Shown: positions 12,602 to 26,195 of the stretch, piece after piece
Layout of the letters: every line of letters begins with the position of its first letter
How positions within the stretch are numbered: position 1 is the first letter of the stretch
DNA from: Octopus sinensis
Lineage: Eukaryota
Assembly: GCF_006345805.1 (NCBI RefSeq)
Contig: NW_021833026.1
Coordinates: 828,099 to 892,098, forward strand
Direction: 5' to 3'
Length of the DNA: 64,000 nt
The notes under the pieces: model-generated
What the model saw: only the letters and a program-made list of their open reading frames with translations
What the model was told of the DNA's origin: nothing
The model's database searches: none
Position numbers and translations under genes: made by a program

Positions 12602-14059
12602 TTAATTTTTCCTAGAATATGACCTCCTCCCTCTCTCATCGACGGAAACCAGGTACCACGAATTGTCCCAGACCATGTCCAGTGAATGGATAGGCTCATA
12701 AGGAACTATTTTAATACCAATCCAATTACTCTTATCATAAGCCTCCTCACGATCCTTCATAATCCGAGTGTACTCCTCCGCCGACACCCTCATTCGGCCT
12801 GCCAACGTCGACTCCAAGTCCCGAGACCCAGTCCTCAGTGTAGCCAGCACGGTCTCATCCTCAGAAAACCTCATTTTAAAGAGGGAGGATGTATATCCCG
12901 AACCATACGAGAACATGAGCACATTTTTCCCCACAAGAGCACTGTCCTCACACCTTACAACAATGACCCCACAAAACTCACAGCGAAAAGGCAGAAATCA
13001 AACTAAAGTACAAGGAAGCCGTATATGCGTTGCCAATTATTTTGTTGAGTCTTAATCCCTCACTAACTTTATCCGCCATAACTTGAGCTGATTTTTTAAC
13101 ATAGTATGACTCGACGGCCTTATCCCCAAAGACAGAACTGTCGACGACGAGTTCCCTGAGACTGACAAGGGAAAGGCGACTTGAATTGGTCAGGGAGGTC
13201 ATCGCGCTCGTCGAACATGCTCAGCAAGGCCACCGACTTGACTACCAGCTTGGTGAAGGGACAGTGCATGAGGACCACATCGACCGACCCCAGTGACCCT
13301 CCTTACATGAGTTATCACACACACCCTCAAGATTGCGGTAGCAGTCGAGGAGAGCCTCGTAATAACACTTTATAGAGAGTCCCCCGTCCACCGTCGGGTA
13401 CTCGGAGGTCATGTTTGGTTTGTAAAAGTCGTAGGCATGGGCCATGCAGCTTGTCTTGGAATCTACGGTGAGAGAAGGAAGTACTATTCTCGAGGACAAT
13501 GGCAGCATTGGGGCCCAAAAGCACAGCCACGGCCCCCGCCCCGCCCGTACAACGAGCATTCCCCGAGGAGTACACAGCAATGTCGACCATCACGACCAAG
13601 GCATATCTCCGACCTACCCACGTGACATAACACGTGACCATCCCAGGCAGATGACTCGAGCCAATTAATAGAATTGAAAAGAGCAGCAGTCCCGCCATAG
13701 CAGGCATTTATGCAGTCCACTCCTTCCACGTTTCGGTTGCCACTTTCGGCAAAGAGAGCCATCAGGTAACTCTTCACGGACTTGCACTTGTCCACGATTG
13801 ATTCGGTCCCCACTTCCAGTCTTCCAATGTCTTTGTAGTCTATTTTGCACGTCCTCATTAGTTTGTCCACAGCGTTCATGGCCAGAGAGACCACGTCTTC
13901 CCGGTCGCTGCAGAATGCCATTTGTGATTGGCCTATTCCGATTGTGTATCTCCCGGTGGAGACTCCGTCCAGTCGCTCGAGGTCATCCTGGCCTACGTAC
14001 AACTTGGGAACATAGGCGCTCATTGACACTATTCCGAGATTTGTGCGATTGACAGGCAT
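12602..14059 (-). CDS. HMGCS1: Hydroxymethylglutaryl-CoA synthase
   Basis: [48 protein letters not shown] and FSYGSG; six tiny introns (25, 22, 23, 19 or 25, 28 and 24 nt). Confidence 0.95.
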
Positions 14060-14859
14060 TGTGAGATGTGTTCGTTTATTTATTCCAATTTATTCCAATC
14101 GAGTCAAAAATGCTTCACGATTATTTTTAATTAATTTAACAAAAAATAAAACTCCAAGTTTTGTCTTTGATTCAGTAATTTTCCTAGGTATATAAGTTAT
14201 TTAATTGCATCTTTGGTTAACCTCATTAAACCACAACAAATATGCCAAAAATTAGTGATAAATTTTTAAGATTATATCCCTCTAACTAAAAAATCAACTC
14301 GGTAAGTCTGGGACTTGTTCAGACAGGTCTGCTCTAGTCCGGGCAAAATGAAAGTGACTTTGGAAGTGAGGCAATAAGTGTGCTTAGGCATATTTGCCAT
14401 TCCAATAGTGTCAGATAACAAAACAGTGACAGCTATATTTAGTATGGCTGTCAATCCTGGCCAATCTATTCGGATTTTCTCTCTAGGATAAGTCAGGAGT
14501 GCTCTTAGCATTTTCTTTGTTTGGGCGCAATTATTGACTGACAGATTGATTAATGCAGCGATGTGTCGAACTACATATAACCGCTTCTCTCAGGTCGTAC
14601 AGAGTGCATGACTAGTCGGCAAGAGGAGGATAGGCCAAGTTGGACGTCCAGCAATGAGTTAGTACTCGACTTGATTGGAATAGTGATACAACTCAGTGTG
14701 TGATTAAACTATCCCAAAACATACATTTGGCCAGAAAATATATAAACAAACTCTCACGTTGTCTTGCAATCAAGTTTTCTCTCTCCTAACTAATCCAAGT
14801 TTATTTTAGGACGGAAAACGAGAACAGTCGACCCATTTCCGCACGAGAAACCCCCCAAT

Positions 14860-16187
14860 CAAGTTTCCCCTCCCTTTCAGGGGCAGACGAATACGTGGAT
14901 GCCAACATCCAGTCCATCATCCAACACCTCGACATTTCCAACAACCAGCTGACCAACCTTACTCGCTATTTGTCCACGAATATAAAGTGGTTGGTTGAGA
15001 TCTTTCATTCCCAGCACAAAGATCTTCCACGAGGAGAGAGAGACCGTCAGACTGTCGGGAATACAACGACTTGTAAGGTGGGACATCACGTGTAGGACTC
15101 CCCCACCCTGGCCAGCTGGGACTTTGACGTCTACTCGAAGAAGGACACGCTGCCCGACTCGATTTTGACGACAATCTTCTACTCAATCTTTAAAGTGAGT
15201 TGTCTGACTGAGACAAAGCATCGAGAATTTGAGAGAAAACTAAATATTGGGCTGTCGAAGTTTGTCCGACTGATCCAGCGAGTGGAAAACAAATACCACA
15301 AGCAGAATCCATACCACAACAACTTCCACGCGGCCTTGGTGGTGCACTCACTCAACGCTATGCTCGACATGGCCTTCTTCGAGGTGTTGACGGGGTCATT
15401 TCCAGGGGTTCTTTTCTGACTTGCAAGTCTTTTCCGCGCTGTTGGCCGCAGCCATACACGACGTGGATCATCCGGGACTGAGCAACACATATCTGGTCAA
15501 CACAAGTAGGTCCCCTGGGCTATTCAGACTCCCAGCTGGCTCTGATCTACAACGACATTTCTGTGCTGGAGAATCACCACTTAGCCACCGCCTTCCAACT
15601 CATGAGGAACCCGACAGCGAAATTCTCGTCGATTTCAGCACTCAGGACAAAATGCTGGTGAGGAAGCTCATGATTGAAATGGTCCCGTCTCGACTGACTT
15701 TCCAGGTCATGGGGACCGATATGAAAGCCCACCACAAACAACTGGCCGACATGGACCGACTCCTTCAGACCAGGGGAAACCAGTTCAAGGAGAATTGCAC
15801 ATTCGAGGACCGAATCCAGGTCAGGGCCGTCTTTGATGCCAGATTCTGAAATATGCCCTTCATTGTGCAGACATTAGCAACACAGTGAGGTCTTTCGACC
15901 AGTACTGGGAGTGGTCGAGCAGACTGATGGACGAAAACTTTATTCAGGGGGACTTGGAAAGGACTAATTTGTCGCCAATTAGTCCACATTGTGACAGAAA
16001 CGACTTTGACTTTGCAAAATGGCAGGTTGACTACATTCCTTCATTTCCTAAGGTCAGTTTCATGGAGAACATTGCTGCTCCCCTGTGGAGTGGGTGGGAC
16101 AGGCTGGTCTCCCCCGGTGATGACAAATTTTGTCAAATTATCAAAAGGAACTTGAGGCAAATGATTTCCAAACTGAAAAACGATTAA
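14860..16187 (+). CDS. cAMP phosphodiesterase, PDE4-like (5' end unresolved, possibly from about 14242)
   Basis: NPYHNNFHA, AIHDVDHPGLSN, SVLENHHL, TDM, HCADISN, F.QGDLE and ISPHCDR; eight tiny introns; apparent 1-bp deletion near 15604. Confidence 0.88.
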
Positions 16188-16613
16188 TTTAATAATTGAG
16201 ATAAATTGATTTTAATTAACAACGTTCTCAAAACAGTTCTGAACAACCCGTTTGGATGGCCATTAAAGCCGCTGTTTGCTTCCAATTAATGAATGGCAGT
16301 CAATTGTAAAGATCTGGGGCTTTTTTGTTGTTTATCTTCTCACTAACACTACCCTTTGAGGCCAGTCGAGCAACGGGAATGATTAGATCATTCATAAAGT
16401 AGACCAGACTGTTTTTTCAAAGAAACGTGGATTCTTTGTTGTGCTTTAAATCAAACAGTCTTAATAGTACCATAAAATTATCACAAGAGGATATCTTCAA
16501 TGAGTAGACAATTTCTTATTAAATTGAAAAATATTAAATTAATCTGTAAAATACAAATTATAAAAACATGCAATTCCTAGTGTAGTTTAGTGTGGCCTTA
16601 CAACTCAAAGTAA

Positions 16614-18490
16614 ATGACAGACACAAAACCCACCAAATCCCACGTGAGATTCCTAACCGAGTCAGACGAAAAAAAGAGAGACAACAAAAAAACAACCAAA
16701 ACGAATATCGACCACGTACCACCAGAAAAACTAGAAAAGTACAGTCGAGGGCAGGAAATGCAACCAGTAAATCCAATCCATAACCCCAGCTTAAATTTAA
16801 ATCCAAACGCTTCACCTCCAAACTGCTCGAGCGTGAAAGACAGGCCAAATTCGCCCAAACTCAGTCAGCCAAGGCGGAGTCCCTGCTGACAGAAGGACAC
16901 GGGTAGTCCCCCTCTCTACGACCAGATTCATCGAGCTGGAGGAAGGCGAGGAGTACTTCCGAATATCCCAACAAGACATCCTCAAGTCCTCCGCCATCTC
17001 CACTGCCCAAAAGGTGTGTCTGACACTCCTACTGACAGAGCTTCGACCTTTCCCTCCCCCAATTCGGGCCCTATCGAGTTGCCTACACTCGGAATGGGCA
17101 GACCATGGCCCTGGCGGGACAGAAGGGACACGTAGCCATGTTCAGGTGGCTATCCAAACAGCTATCGGCTGAATTCAACGTGATGGAGGGAATTAATTCA
17201 ATTTGGTAAGTTTGGGTTAACCATTCAGTTATCTCCACAACGAGACAATGCTGGCTGTGGCACAGAGGCAGTGGACCTTTATATACGACAATCAGGGACT
17301 GGAGTTGCACTGTCTCAAGGCTCTGGACTGTGTTCGGTGTCTCGAGTTTCTGCCATACCACTTTCTGTTGGCTGCGAGTGTTGGCTGTGGGTGGAGGAGT
17401 TTGTAGAGCTCGAAGGGGTTTCTGTCGTATTTGGACGTGTCTGTGGGGCAGATTGTGTCGACTATTCCCACCAGACAAGGAGTGTTGGATGTGATGACTC
17501 AGAACCCTGATAATGCTGTGATATTGCTGGGGCATCAGAAGGGTTGTGTTGTGTCTTATTTGGTAGGGTCTGTCACTATGTGGTCCCCTTCTCAAAAGGA
17601 ACCGTTGGTGAAGATGTTGTGTCACAAGTCGCTCGTCCACGCCCTTTCAGTTACCAGAGACGGCGGGTAATTTTATATTATTTTATTATTAATTACTAAA
17701 TGGGGTTTCCCAGAGTGAAAAGTGTTAAAAGATTAATTACTAAATTAAAAATATTTATAAGGTTTTTTGCATCGTCTGGAGGAGACGGGATGGTGAGGAT
17801 TTGGGATTTGCGAATGAACTACAAGCCACTCCACAACATCAGACAAGCGAATGGAGGACGGCAAAACCTCGACTTTTCCCAGCTGGGTCTGTTGGGAGTG
17901 TCGGGAGGGAATGTAGTGCAAGTAAGTGAGGTGACTGACCCAGATATACAAAGGACTGAGTTCTCGACTGTGTGAGGACTCGAAGCCTTATCTCCGCCAT
18001 CGATTCTCCTCGTTTGTGGAGAACATCAAATTCTGTCCATTCGAGGACGTGCTGGGCGTGGGGTTCAAAGGAGGGGTGTCCAGTCTCATCATTCCTGGTT
18101 TGCTTACTAAAGGGAGAGGCAGGGGCTGGGGAACCCAACATTGATGCCCTCGAGTGCAATCCCTACCGCACCAAAAAGCAGCGACAGAACACGGAAGTCC
18201 GCATGCTGCTCGACAAGATTCAGCCCGACCTGATTGGGATTGACAACTGTCTGTTGGGGACTGTCCACACGGGGGAGGGGACGGTTATGACTGAGAAGGA
18301 GGCATTTGTGCCCAGACGGAAGACGAGGAACCAGTCTGGGGCAGTCGGGGTGCACAAAAGGAAGCAGTTGGTCGCGGAGTCACGGAAGATTGCGGCTGTG
18401 AGGTCTGCAAGGGCAGCCAAGGGTGGGACACTTCCAGAAAGGAAATTTGAACCAGTCGTCTATAGTGATCCATTGGACAGATTTAAATAA
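16614..18490 (+). CDS. WDR46: WD-repeat protein 46 / Utp7 (BING4)
   Basis: [42 protein letters not shown] and [25 protein letters not shown]; tiny introns plus one 95-nt intron. Confidence 0.93.
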
Positions 18491-18534
18491 ATTTTACTTT
18501 TTTTAATTGTGTTTAAATTTATTAAAATAATAAT

Positions 18535-18563
18535 TAAATTGTTAGTACACAACGTGTGTTATG
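18535..18563 (+). promoter_or_regulatory. Candidate ATG-proximal element shared with AlaRS
   Basis: 26 of 29 nt identical to 43737-43765. Confidence 0.5.
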
Positions 18564-19396
18564 GTGCGACTGTCAATAGATATCTACAACCAGAGTCCCC
18601 AGTTCACCAACGCAGTGCGACAGCGTGAGATTACATTGAGAGGTGAAATTACAAACTAATTTCAGACCTGAACATATCCATAATAGAGAACACAGGAATA
18701 ACGTTAGACCAGTTTGACTATTTTGATTTGTGCAACAACGACATTGCCAAACTGGACGGATTCGCCCTCCTCAGACGCCTCAAGACAATTTTGGCAGCCA
18801 ATAACCGAATAAGGTGTGTCTTCCACTCACTCTAGTCGTTTCGGGGACGACCTAGAACAGACTATTCCCAATCTGCGTTGTCTCATCCTCAACAACAACT
18901 CAGTCCACGATTTCTCCGACATCAACAAGCTCTCAAAGTTGAAAAGACTGTCTTATTTGTGGTATCGAGTGAGTAGTAGTGTCTAGTCTGGTGGGGAATC
19001 CCATTTTCAGTCGCAAACATTACAGGAGTTACGTAATATATCGACTTCCTCAACTGAGGGTCCTCGACTTCCAGAGAATATCGCGGACGGAAAGACTGGA
19101 GGCAGCCAAACTGTTCAAGTCCAAAAAGGCCGTCCGGGAGGCTGAGACAGAGGACAGTGCCCCGCCCGTGGTGTGTGACAGACCCACTCTCGGATACCTC
19201 ACCACCAACGAACGGGAGGCTCTCAAAGTTGACTGAAATGTGTCATTCTCAGAGGGCTATTATTTTCTCGACTAGTCTTGAAGAGATTGCGAAATTCCAG
19301 GAGATACTCGACACAGGGAGACCCCCCGATGGCATATCTCTGGGAGAACTGTTGCGTCATTCCGCTGGACCAGAGAAAACTGAGGATGTTCAGTGA
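18561..19396 (+). CDS. SNRPA1: U2 snRNP A' (LRR)
   Basis: MVRL..QFTNAVRQRE, TLDQFD, LDGF.LLRRLKT and YRSYVIYRLPQLRVLDFQ; four tiny introns. Confidence 0.93.
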
Positions 19397-19466
19397 AAGT
19401 CCCTGATTTCCCCATTTTGATTAATAAACATTTTTGGGATATCATTTATTAAGATGTTTATAGTCA

Positions 19467-20350
19467 ACTCGACTGAGAGCCGTAGCCACTGCTGTTGGAG
19501 AAGGCCGAATGATTAAAAAAGTCTTTGAGTTCTAACTTGAGTTGCCTGCATTCCAGAATGTCGTCAATCTGCCAATATGCACAAGAATACGACCAGTGAC
19601 GCATCATCAGGCTTGCACGGATTGCTCACATTCGTGGAATCGAAGGAAGGCAGATCGGGGAGTTTGGACAGTAATTTTTGGTCGGAGTTTTTGTATTTTT
19701 TATATTTGGAAAATGCGTTCTTTATCGCCCAAGCACGTTGGTTTGTCTCTTTTTTGTCGACCTTTAAATATCAGGAACAGGAGACTTTAATCAAGAAGAG
19801 ATCAAATGTGTTTATTTTGAGAGCACACCTGTACACATTCGAGTTATCCGGACAGATATTCTCATAAGGGAAATCTCCGGACACAATCGTCACTTGAGTA
19901 ATGCTAATCAACTCATACACTTCAGCGGGGTGGGAGACACAACTCTTATTTCCACCAACAGATTCCCTGCGCTGAGTGTCCAATATTCAAAGATGAGGTC
20001 AGGAAGGCAGGCCGGTTTGGCTTTCTCCGTGACTGAAGATGTCTCCAGTACTTGCCCACTGTTGTCCCCGATAGCTGGAATATAAGCCTGATCTGTTACG
20101 GAGTAGTTTAATCGACGACACTCTTGTTTGACCACACAGACATTTTGTAATCACATGTTTAAAGATGTCTTTTCTATTCGAAGGCACTATGAGACATGTG
20201 TTTATTCCATTTTGGATAATGTGAGACAGAGTTGTGGAGACTGGATAAGACGTCTGAATGAGACTGGATTCTGATTCTTTCAATAAATTAGCAGGCATCT
20301 GGAAACAAGTCATTTGAACGCAAATTTGGTTATATTTGTCGGAGAGCGCC
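19467..20350 (-). CDS. Hypothetical spliced gene (unassigned)
   Basis: The frame can be walked through tiny GT-AG introns (e.g. GTCGTATTCTTGTGCATATTGGCAG) to a stop near 19467; no confident family; boundaries approximate. Confidence 0.4.
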
Positions 20351-22119
20351 AAAATAAATCGAATTTACACTTTCAAAAACGATTAGCGGATATTGTTTAT
20401 TTACGGTTTGATGTTAATTACTGTCAAAACAAGTGTTTAGATAAGAGATTTTGCTTTGATTTGACATTTACATATATTTTGGCTGGTAATTTAAATTATA
20501 AGTTATTCAAAATTGGATTTGTGAAGCAAATTTTTAATCCCAAGCATTGATTGATAGACAAAGGCATAAATAATTTGAAATTAAATATTAATCATTCCTG
20601 TCAATATAATACAAATTTACTTATCCAGACATGTTACGATTTCTGACTCACTTCGTTTTATAAAAAATCAATAGGTTCTTTCACTGATGTTTATTTTACG
20701 GTTTTCTTTGTTTTCTGGGGTCTGCAAAAAAATCCTGAGGTACGAGAAATTTTTAAATGTCTACCATCCAACTCGTTATATTCATCTACTGTCTAGATTT
20801 CTGGTAAGACTTTATAGGAGAATTCATCGTGGAGAATGGATGTTCATAGCCGAATGTTTTGTTTCCATACAATAAAGAGTGTCTGTCTGTGATAGAGTGA
20901 AAAAATTTCTGAATATAAGCCCTAAGCTGTGCTAGTCAAAAAAGACTTCAAAAAGCTTGATAAAAAGGCACAACTTTCTATTTGTGGTAAAATTTACAAA
21001 TTGTAGAACAGGTCAATCCCACTGTAAAGGATACACTAGTTTGGATGTCAAAGATACAAATGTCTGAATAGCTGTGCTGGGTTTTGATAGAGTAAGCAAT
21101 CAAAATGAAGAATGGAAAACAATTGCTCAAACTGTTACAGAAAAAATTGTTAATAACATCAGTAAATCTGTTTAAAGCAGTAAATAAATACGCGCTATAG
21201 TATTTTACTTGACCTTCACTGCACACTTGTAAAATACAGAAAAATTGATTAATTCTCAATCTTCATAATTCCGTACAAGTTATTACAAGATTATCCTGAA
21301 GGACAAAAATAATTCGTCTCTCTAAAAACAGTTCAAAAAATAGTTGAATTTAATAATGTTTCTAAAATAGTATTTGACATTAAAAAGCTCAAAGCAACTC
21401 CACTAAGAGATTATAAGTTTAACGACGACGAGTTTAGATCGAACTGAAACCCCTTTCCTAATCAAAATTAACAGTTATTATATTAATGACTGCTAGAACG
21501 CTGTTCAATTTCAAATTTATCTTCAAATGCTTATTTTTTTGCTCTCTTGTGTCTAATTCTTGTTTAAGCATCCGAGTTTCACTTTATTAGAAAGCACCAA
21601 GTTGTGTCAACGGACCATGTGAAAAGATCGGCCAATTCTTGGCGATAATTTGATTTATTGGGATATCTCACGAGTCACCATTTTGACGACGTTCCAGAAT
21701 CAAATTTTGGAAAAGTATATAAGGCACGTAGAGAGATATTGAGTTATTAAATTTTAATTTGTTTCATAACCTTTTCAAAATTAAAATTCAACGTCTGTTT
21801 TGGCTTGTTTTATTTAATGGGTTGATTAAACGGTAGGAAGCTCGACAGACCATTTTGAGACCCGTTTTTTCCGGAGTCCGTATATGATGAGATATCCATG
21901 ACGTCGTTACGCGTAAAACTCGAACGGAGTTTAAAGCAGAGGCAGCCGGTTGGATTTGAACCCAAAACCATGTACCCACCCGAACATCGTCAAATGACCC
22001 GGTTTCCAAAGGCAACGAAGGAAGAAACTTCCCTGAGTGAAACCATAGAATCGGACTCGAGAACAACCATAAAAGTGCCCTGCACAGTAAAATGGATAAA
22101 TGTGCCCGGATGTTGTTAA

Positions 22120-23050
22120 TGAGGACGACAAATGTATCGGAATCATGTCCGATGATCTTCTCATTGTATACATTGTCATCTTGAAAATATAAAAATTATG
22201 TTCTTTCCTAAAATGCAGCAGGAATAATTCAACCATTGGACTTGGGAATTATCAAAACATTTAAAGTGCACTTTAATAAACACAAATTATTTTATCTCAC
22301 TAAAATTTTGCAAACAGACAAAGTTTCGGTTTATGAATCCTATAAACATTTAAATCTTAAGGACACTGTTTTTTATAAAAATGGCTTGGAAAGACGTATG
22401 CTCGAAAACTATTGAAAATTGCTTTAAAAAAACTGAAAAATAGATTTTTATGAACAATCTACAGATAAAATTTTAATTGATGAAGTGATCATTAAAAAAA
22501 AGATATTTATAATCCTATTCAAATTGAAGAATTCATTTCTATAAATTTTTAGAAGAAAATGCAATTAGCGAAGAAAATAATTTCGATAATGAAGATCAAG
22601 AACAACCTCAGATCAAAATTTTCCTTCAAATGAACAAACATAGTCATCTCACTAGAATGAAATTGGTGTAAAATAAGAGAATTGAGACGTCACAATCAAA
22701 ATTGTCGAAAACGAAGAATATGTGCGTCTAATTACTTCAATGATTATTTAAAATTTAAAAAACTGAAAAGACATTACTTCAATTTGAAGATTTGGAGAAA
22801 AAATCAAAATATAAAGAGACACAAATGGGACTGGAATATACTTTGATAAAAAAGCATAATTCTTTGTTAAAATAAAATTAATTTTTTCAATTACGTCAAT
22901 TTTGGCTATTTTGAATTATTAAACAGTTTTTTTAAAAAATAAACAGTTTACTCACATTCAAAAATTATTGATTATATTCTGAAATTCGCTATTTCTCAAA
23001 TTCGCCGCAAAAATGACGGAACCAAAAATAGCGAATTTGGGAGTATTCGG
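22120..23050 (+). mobile_element. pogo/Tigger transposon 3' fragment
   Basis: IQPLDLGIIKTFKVHF motif and a TIR-like end near 23050. Confidence 0.7.
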
Positions 23051-23219
23051 TAAATTTCATAAGATTTTCCGTGGACAAATGTTATGCAATTAACCGATTT
23101 CTACTGTACATGTTAATTTTAATAAGGTTTCAGATTTATTAATATTTCTTCTATAGTGTTTATCCTTAAATTTTATATTCAAAATAGCACGCCTTTTTTT
23201 ACATTCTTGTTTGATATCT

Positions 23220-23632
23220 AAGATGTCTTCTCGCTCAAATAAGAATAGTCATCATTACCAAAACGAATATTTAAAATATGGGTTTATTCAAAGTACTGAA
23301 GAAACAAAACAGTCTTAATGTCTTATTTGTTAATGTTCTTTCTCAAATGAGGCGATGAAGCCATCAGGATTACAGGATTATTTAAAACGCAAGCACCCGG
23401 ATAAAATGTCAAAGCCGATTGAATATTTTCAAACTTTAAAATAAATTTTGAAAATAAGAAAACGATCTAATCGTTATTTACATTTGATTTATTGTTTTAT
23501 ATTTTGATTTTTAAGTTATATACAAAAAAACAACAAATTAAGGGACAATGCACAAAAATTTTGTAATTGTACGTGGACAGGTGGCGATAAAATATCTAAG
23601 GGGGCGATGAACAAAAAAAGGTTGAGAATGCC
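23220..23632 (+). mobile_element. hAT (Charlie/Buster-like) deletion derivative
   Basis: YQNEYLKYGF..SNEAMKPS.L..YLKRKHP BED-region motif; AAAAAGGTTGAGAATGCCT-type end. Confidence 0.7.
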
Positions 23633-23779
23633 TAAATTATATAATGAAGACAACGCTCATATGCAAATACTAGTTTTGTTCTGTTTTTTTTTAAATATTA
23701 TAGGAATCAGTACATATGAAAGCATACGACCTGATAGATGCTTTAACACGCTTTTTGAAATCACGCGGATACTTTATTT

Positions 23780-25210
23780 GGCAACGCTACTTTAATTATA
23801 TCGATAATTTCTCGATAATCCGGAGCTTACTATAATCTGTTGATAAAGTTTTTGGTGAAAAGGAACTCAAGAAAGCGTGGACCTGACTGTTCATAGTCAT
23901 CTTGATGCCTCGGGCAATTGCAATTACAATAATGGACCCCCACAGACCCCTTCAACTTTGATTCCCATGAAAGCTATCTGCGAGTCGATTGACTCTTAAT
24001 TCAAGTTGATGCAAATAATTGTAAACCAATCGATGCGAGACAACAGACAAGAAAGATATCTTCTCAATATGTAGAATTTGAAAGAATCTCAACAACAATC
24101 ACAGACCAGATTCGAATTCTAAACAAAAAGATGTCTATTGCAAATTCAAGACGACAATATGGAATTGATCATCGGAAGTTTGAGTTGAATTGAAGGTCGT
24201 TCTACAGAATTAAAACCTACATTCTAACTCTGATAATGCTCAGATTGATTGTTTCGACACATCTGATTGTCTCAAATTTTGGATGGACGTTTGGAAGAAA
24301 AAGGATAAAAATGATTTAAGTTTTGGAGTGAATAAAAGAGTTACTGGAGCTGAACACCACGATTCCAACATCAATGACGAGTTTTAATTTAATTGAATCC
24401 CTTTCTAACTGGAGAACTCCGAGATGTGATTGTGTATACAACTTTTTCATCAAAAAATTGGATTCTCTTCACAAATTCCTATTTCAAGAAATCATAAATA
24501 TTATTAACGGAACTATACCATTTACAACTCTATTTTGCAAGTACGAAATTTAATTTGCGGCTAGGAAAATCAATTTTGCAAGTAGGAATATTACTTTAGC
24601 AAATTAGTCACAAATATATAATTTTAAGTGCAGAAGAAGCTCATATACAGGGGAGTCCTGTAAAACATGGTTTAAGCAACTTATTAATGAAGTGATGCAT
24701 CAGGAGTTACAATCCTCATTCGTAATTGATAATGCTCTTATTCACAGTTAACTTGAATTTTCCCAGTCGCAAAATTCATTACTATTTACAAAAATGATTT
24801 TCTAACGCAAAACCAGATTCTTACATGCAAAATTGACATCTTGACTGCAAATTTAATTTCCAGATTGCAAAAATGATATTCTCAGCTGCAAAATTGACTT
24901 GTAAATGGTATAGTCACCCGCAAAATTGATTGACCCAATGAACTCAGACCGATTACATGTATGCCATGTTTGTACAAACTGGTTACAAATGTGTGATGAA
25001 AAATTTGCCATATATACTTACAACTTGATAACAGAGTACCAGCTTGGAACTAAACGACATTGTCAAGGAGCAAAAGAACTCGCACTTTTGGAGAGATGCA
25101 TCAACAGAGCACACAATAATAAATTATTTTGCGCATGGATCGACGTCAAGAAAGCATTTAACTCAGTTAGTCATGACTTTTTTGTCGAAATCCTGGAAAA
25201 CTCTGAACTG
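23780..25210 (+). mobile_element. R4/Dong-like non-LTR RT fragment
   Basis: QLGTKRHCQGAKE..LFCAWIDVKKAFNSVSH. Confidence 0.7.
24514..24912. mobile_element. Tc1/IS630-type short element inserted in the R4-like LINE
   Basis: Inverted termini TATACCATTTACAA / TTGTAAATGGTATA; internal FVIDNALIH motif. Confidence 0.6.
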
Positions 25211-25334
25211 CCTAATTGGATAATTTTTTTTTGATGATAAATATTTTTATTACGAAAAAAGAATTCGGTCAAGTGTTGAATTGAAAAAATTGCGCAAATG
25301 CAAACGGACTGGGATGTATTGGTTGATTTTGAGT

Positions 25335-26135
25335 GATGGCTCGCCAGTCTGAATGACACAACACCACCACCTTCCTTTATCAACTGCTTGAGTAGGGAGG
25401 ACTACTTGATTTTTGAACGTCATTAATGGGTCGAATGTAACTCCAAGGATTGAAGGGTTCCCTTTAACTGGGATTAGTTCCCAGAAAATTTTGATGCTAA
25501 AGTTTTCCTCGGTATTGAATCGAATGCTTTTTCGATATCCAGAGCGACTAACAGTGTTCTTTGATGTGGTTTTGAATAGTTCAGTCAATCTGAGATGAAC
25601 ATCGTAAGATATGTACAAGTTGAACGATCTCTTCTGAATCCATGTTGAAAACTGGGTAATTCTAACAAAAGAGTAATTTTGTTGAGAATTAGTTTTTCCA
25701 ATGTTCTTGAGAATCCACAAAGAATTGATACAGGACAATAACACCGTGGAATGTTCAGAGATTTGTCCTTTTTGGTATCGGGTGTATGAGTGATTTTTTC
25801 CATAATGACGGAGTAATTGAAAACTTGGGTAAAGGCTTCGATTCCCACCGGCCCCAAGTGTTTTAATTCATTAATTGAAATATCGTCAGCTCCTATTGAC
25901 CTTGTATTCTCATGTATTCAATTACATGAAAAGTATCTAAGAGTTTAAAGTATTCATTTTATTGATATTTTGTCTTCTTGTGTTTCGGTTCATGTTCCAT
26001 TTCAAATACGGTTTGTGACTGATGCTAGCATAAAATTTCATTAGTGTGTCAGGGGTGACACTTGGTGTATGGTGGCTGGGTATCTTTTTGAGTTTCCGTA
26101 AGGTTTTCCATAACGACGATGTTCGGTCATAAAAT
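25335..26135 (-). mobile_element. Jockey/I-like LINE RT fragment
   Basis: PVSIL..LEKLIL, SFQHGFRRDRST and ILGVTFDPLMTF. Confidence 0.75.
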
Positions 26136-26195
26136 AGAATTACGCTGAGAATCGAATATTTGAAAGAAAAATTGCGCAATTGCAAACTGACTGGG

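Noticed and set aside
13162-13180. 19-nt intron in HMGCS as a size record
   Set aside because: A 25-nt in-frame alternative acceptor exists; the 19-nt ELAV candidate (61285-61303) depends on an uncertain start codon.
17667-17761. Intronic snoRNA
   Set aside because: No C/D boxes or convincing H/ACA structure are visible.
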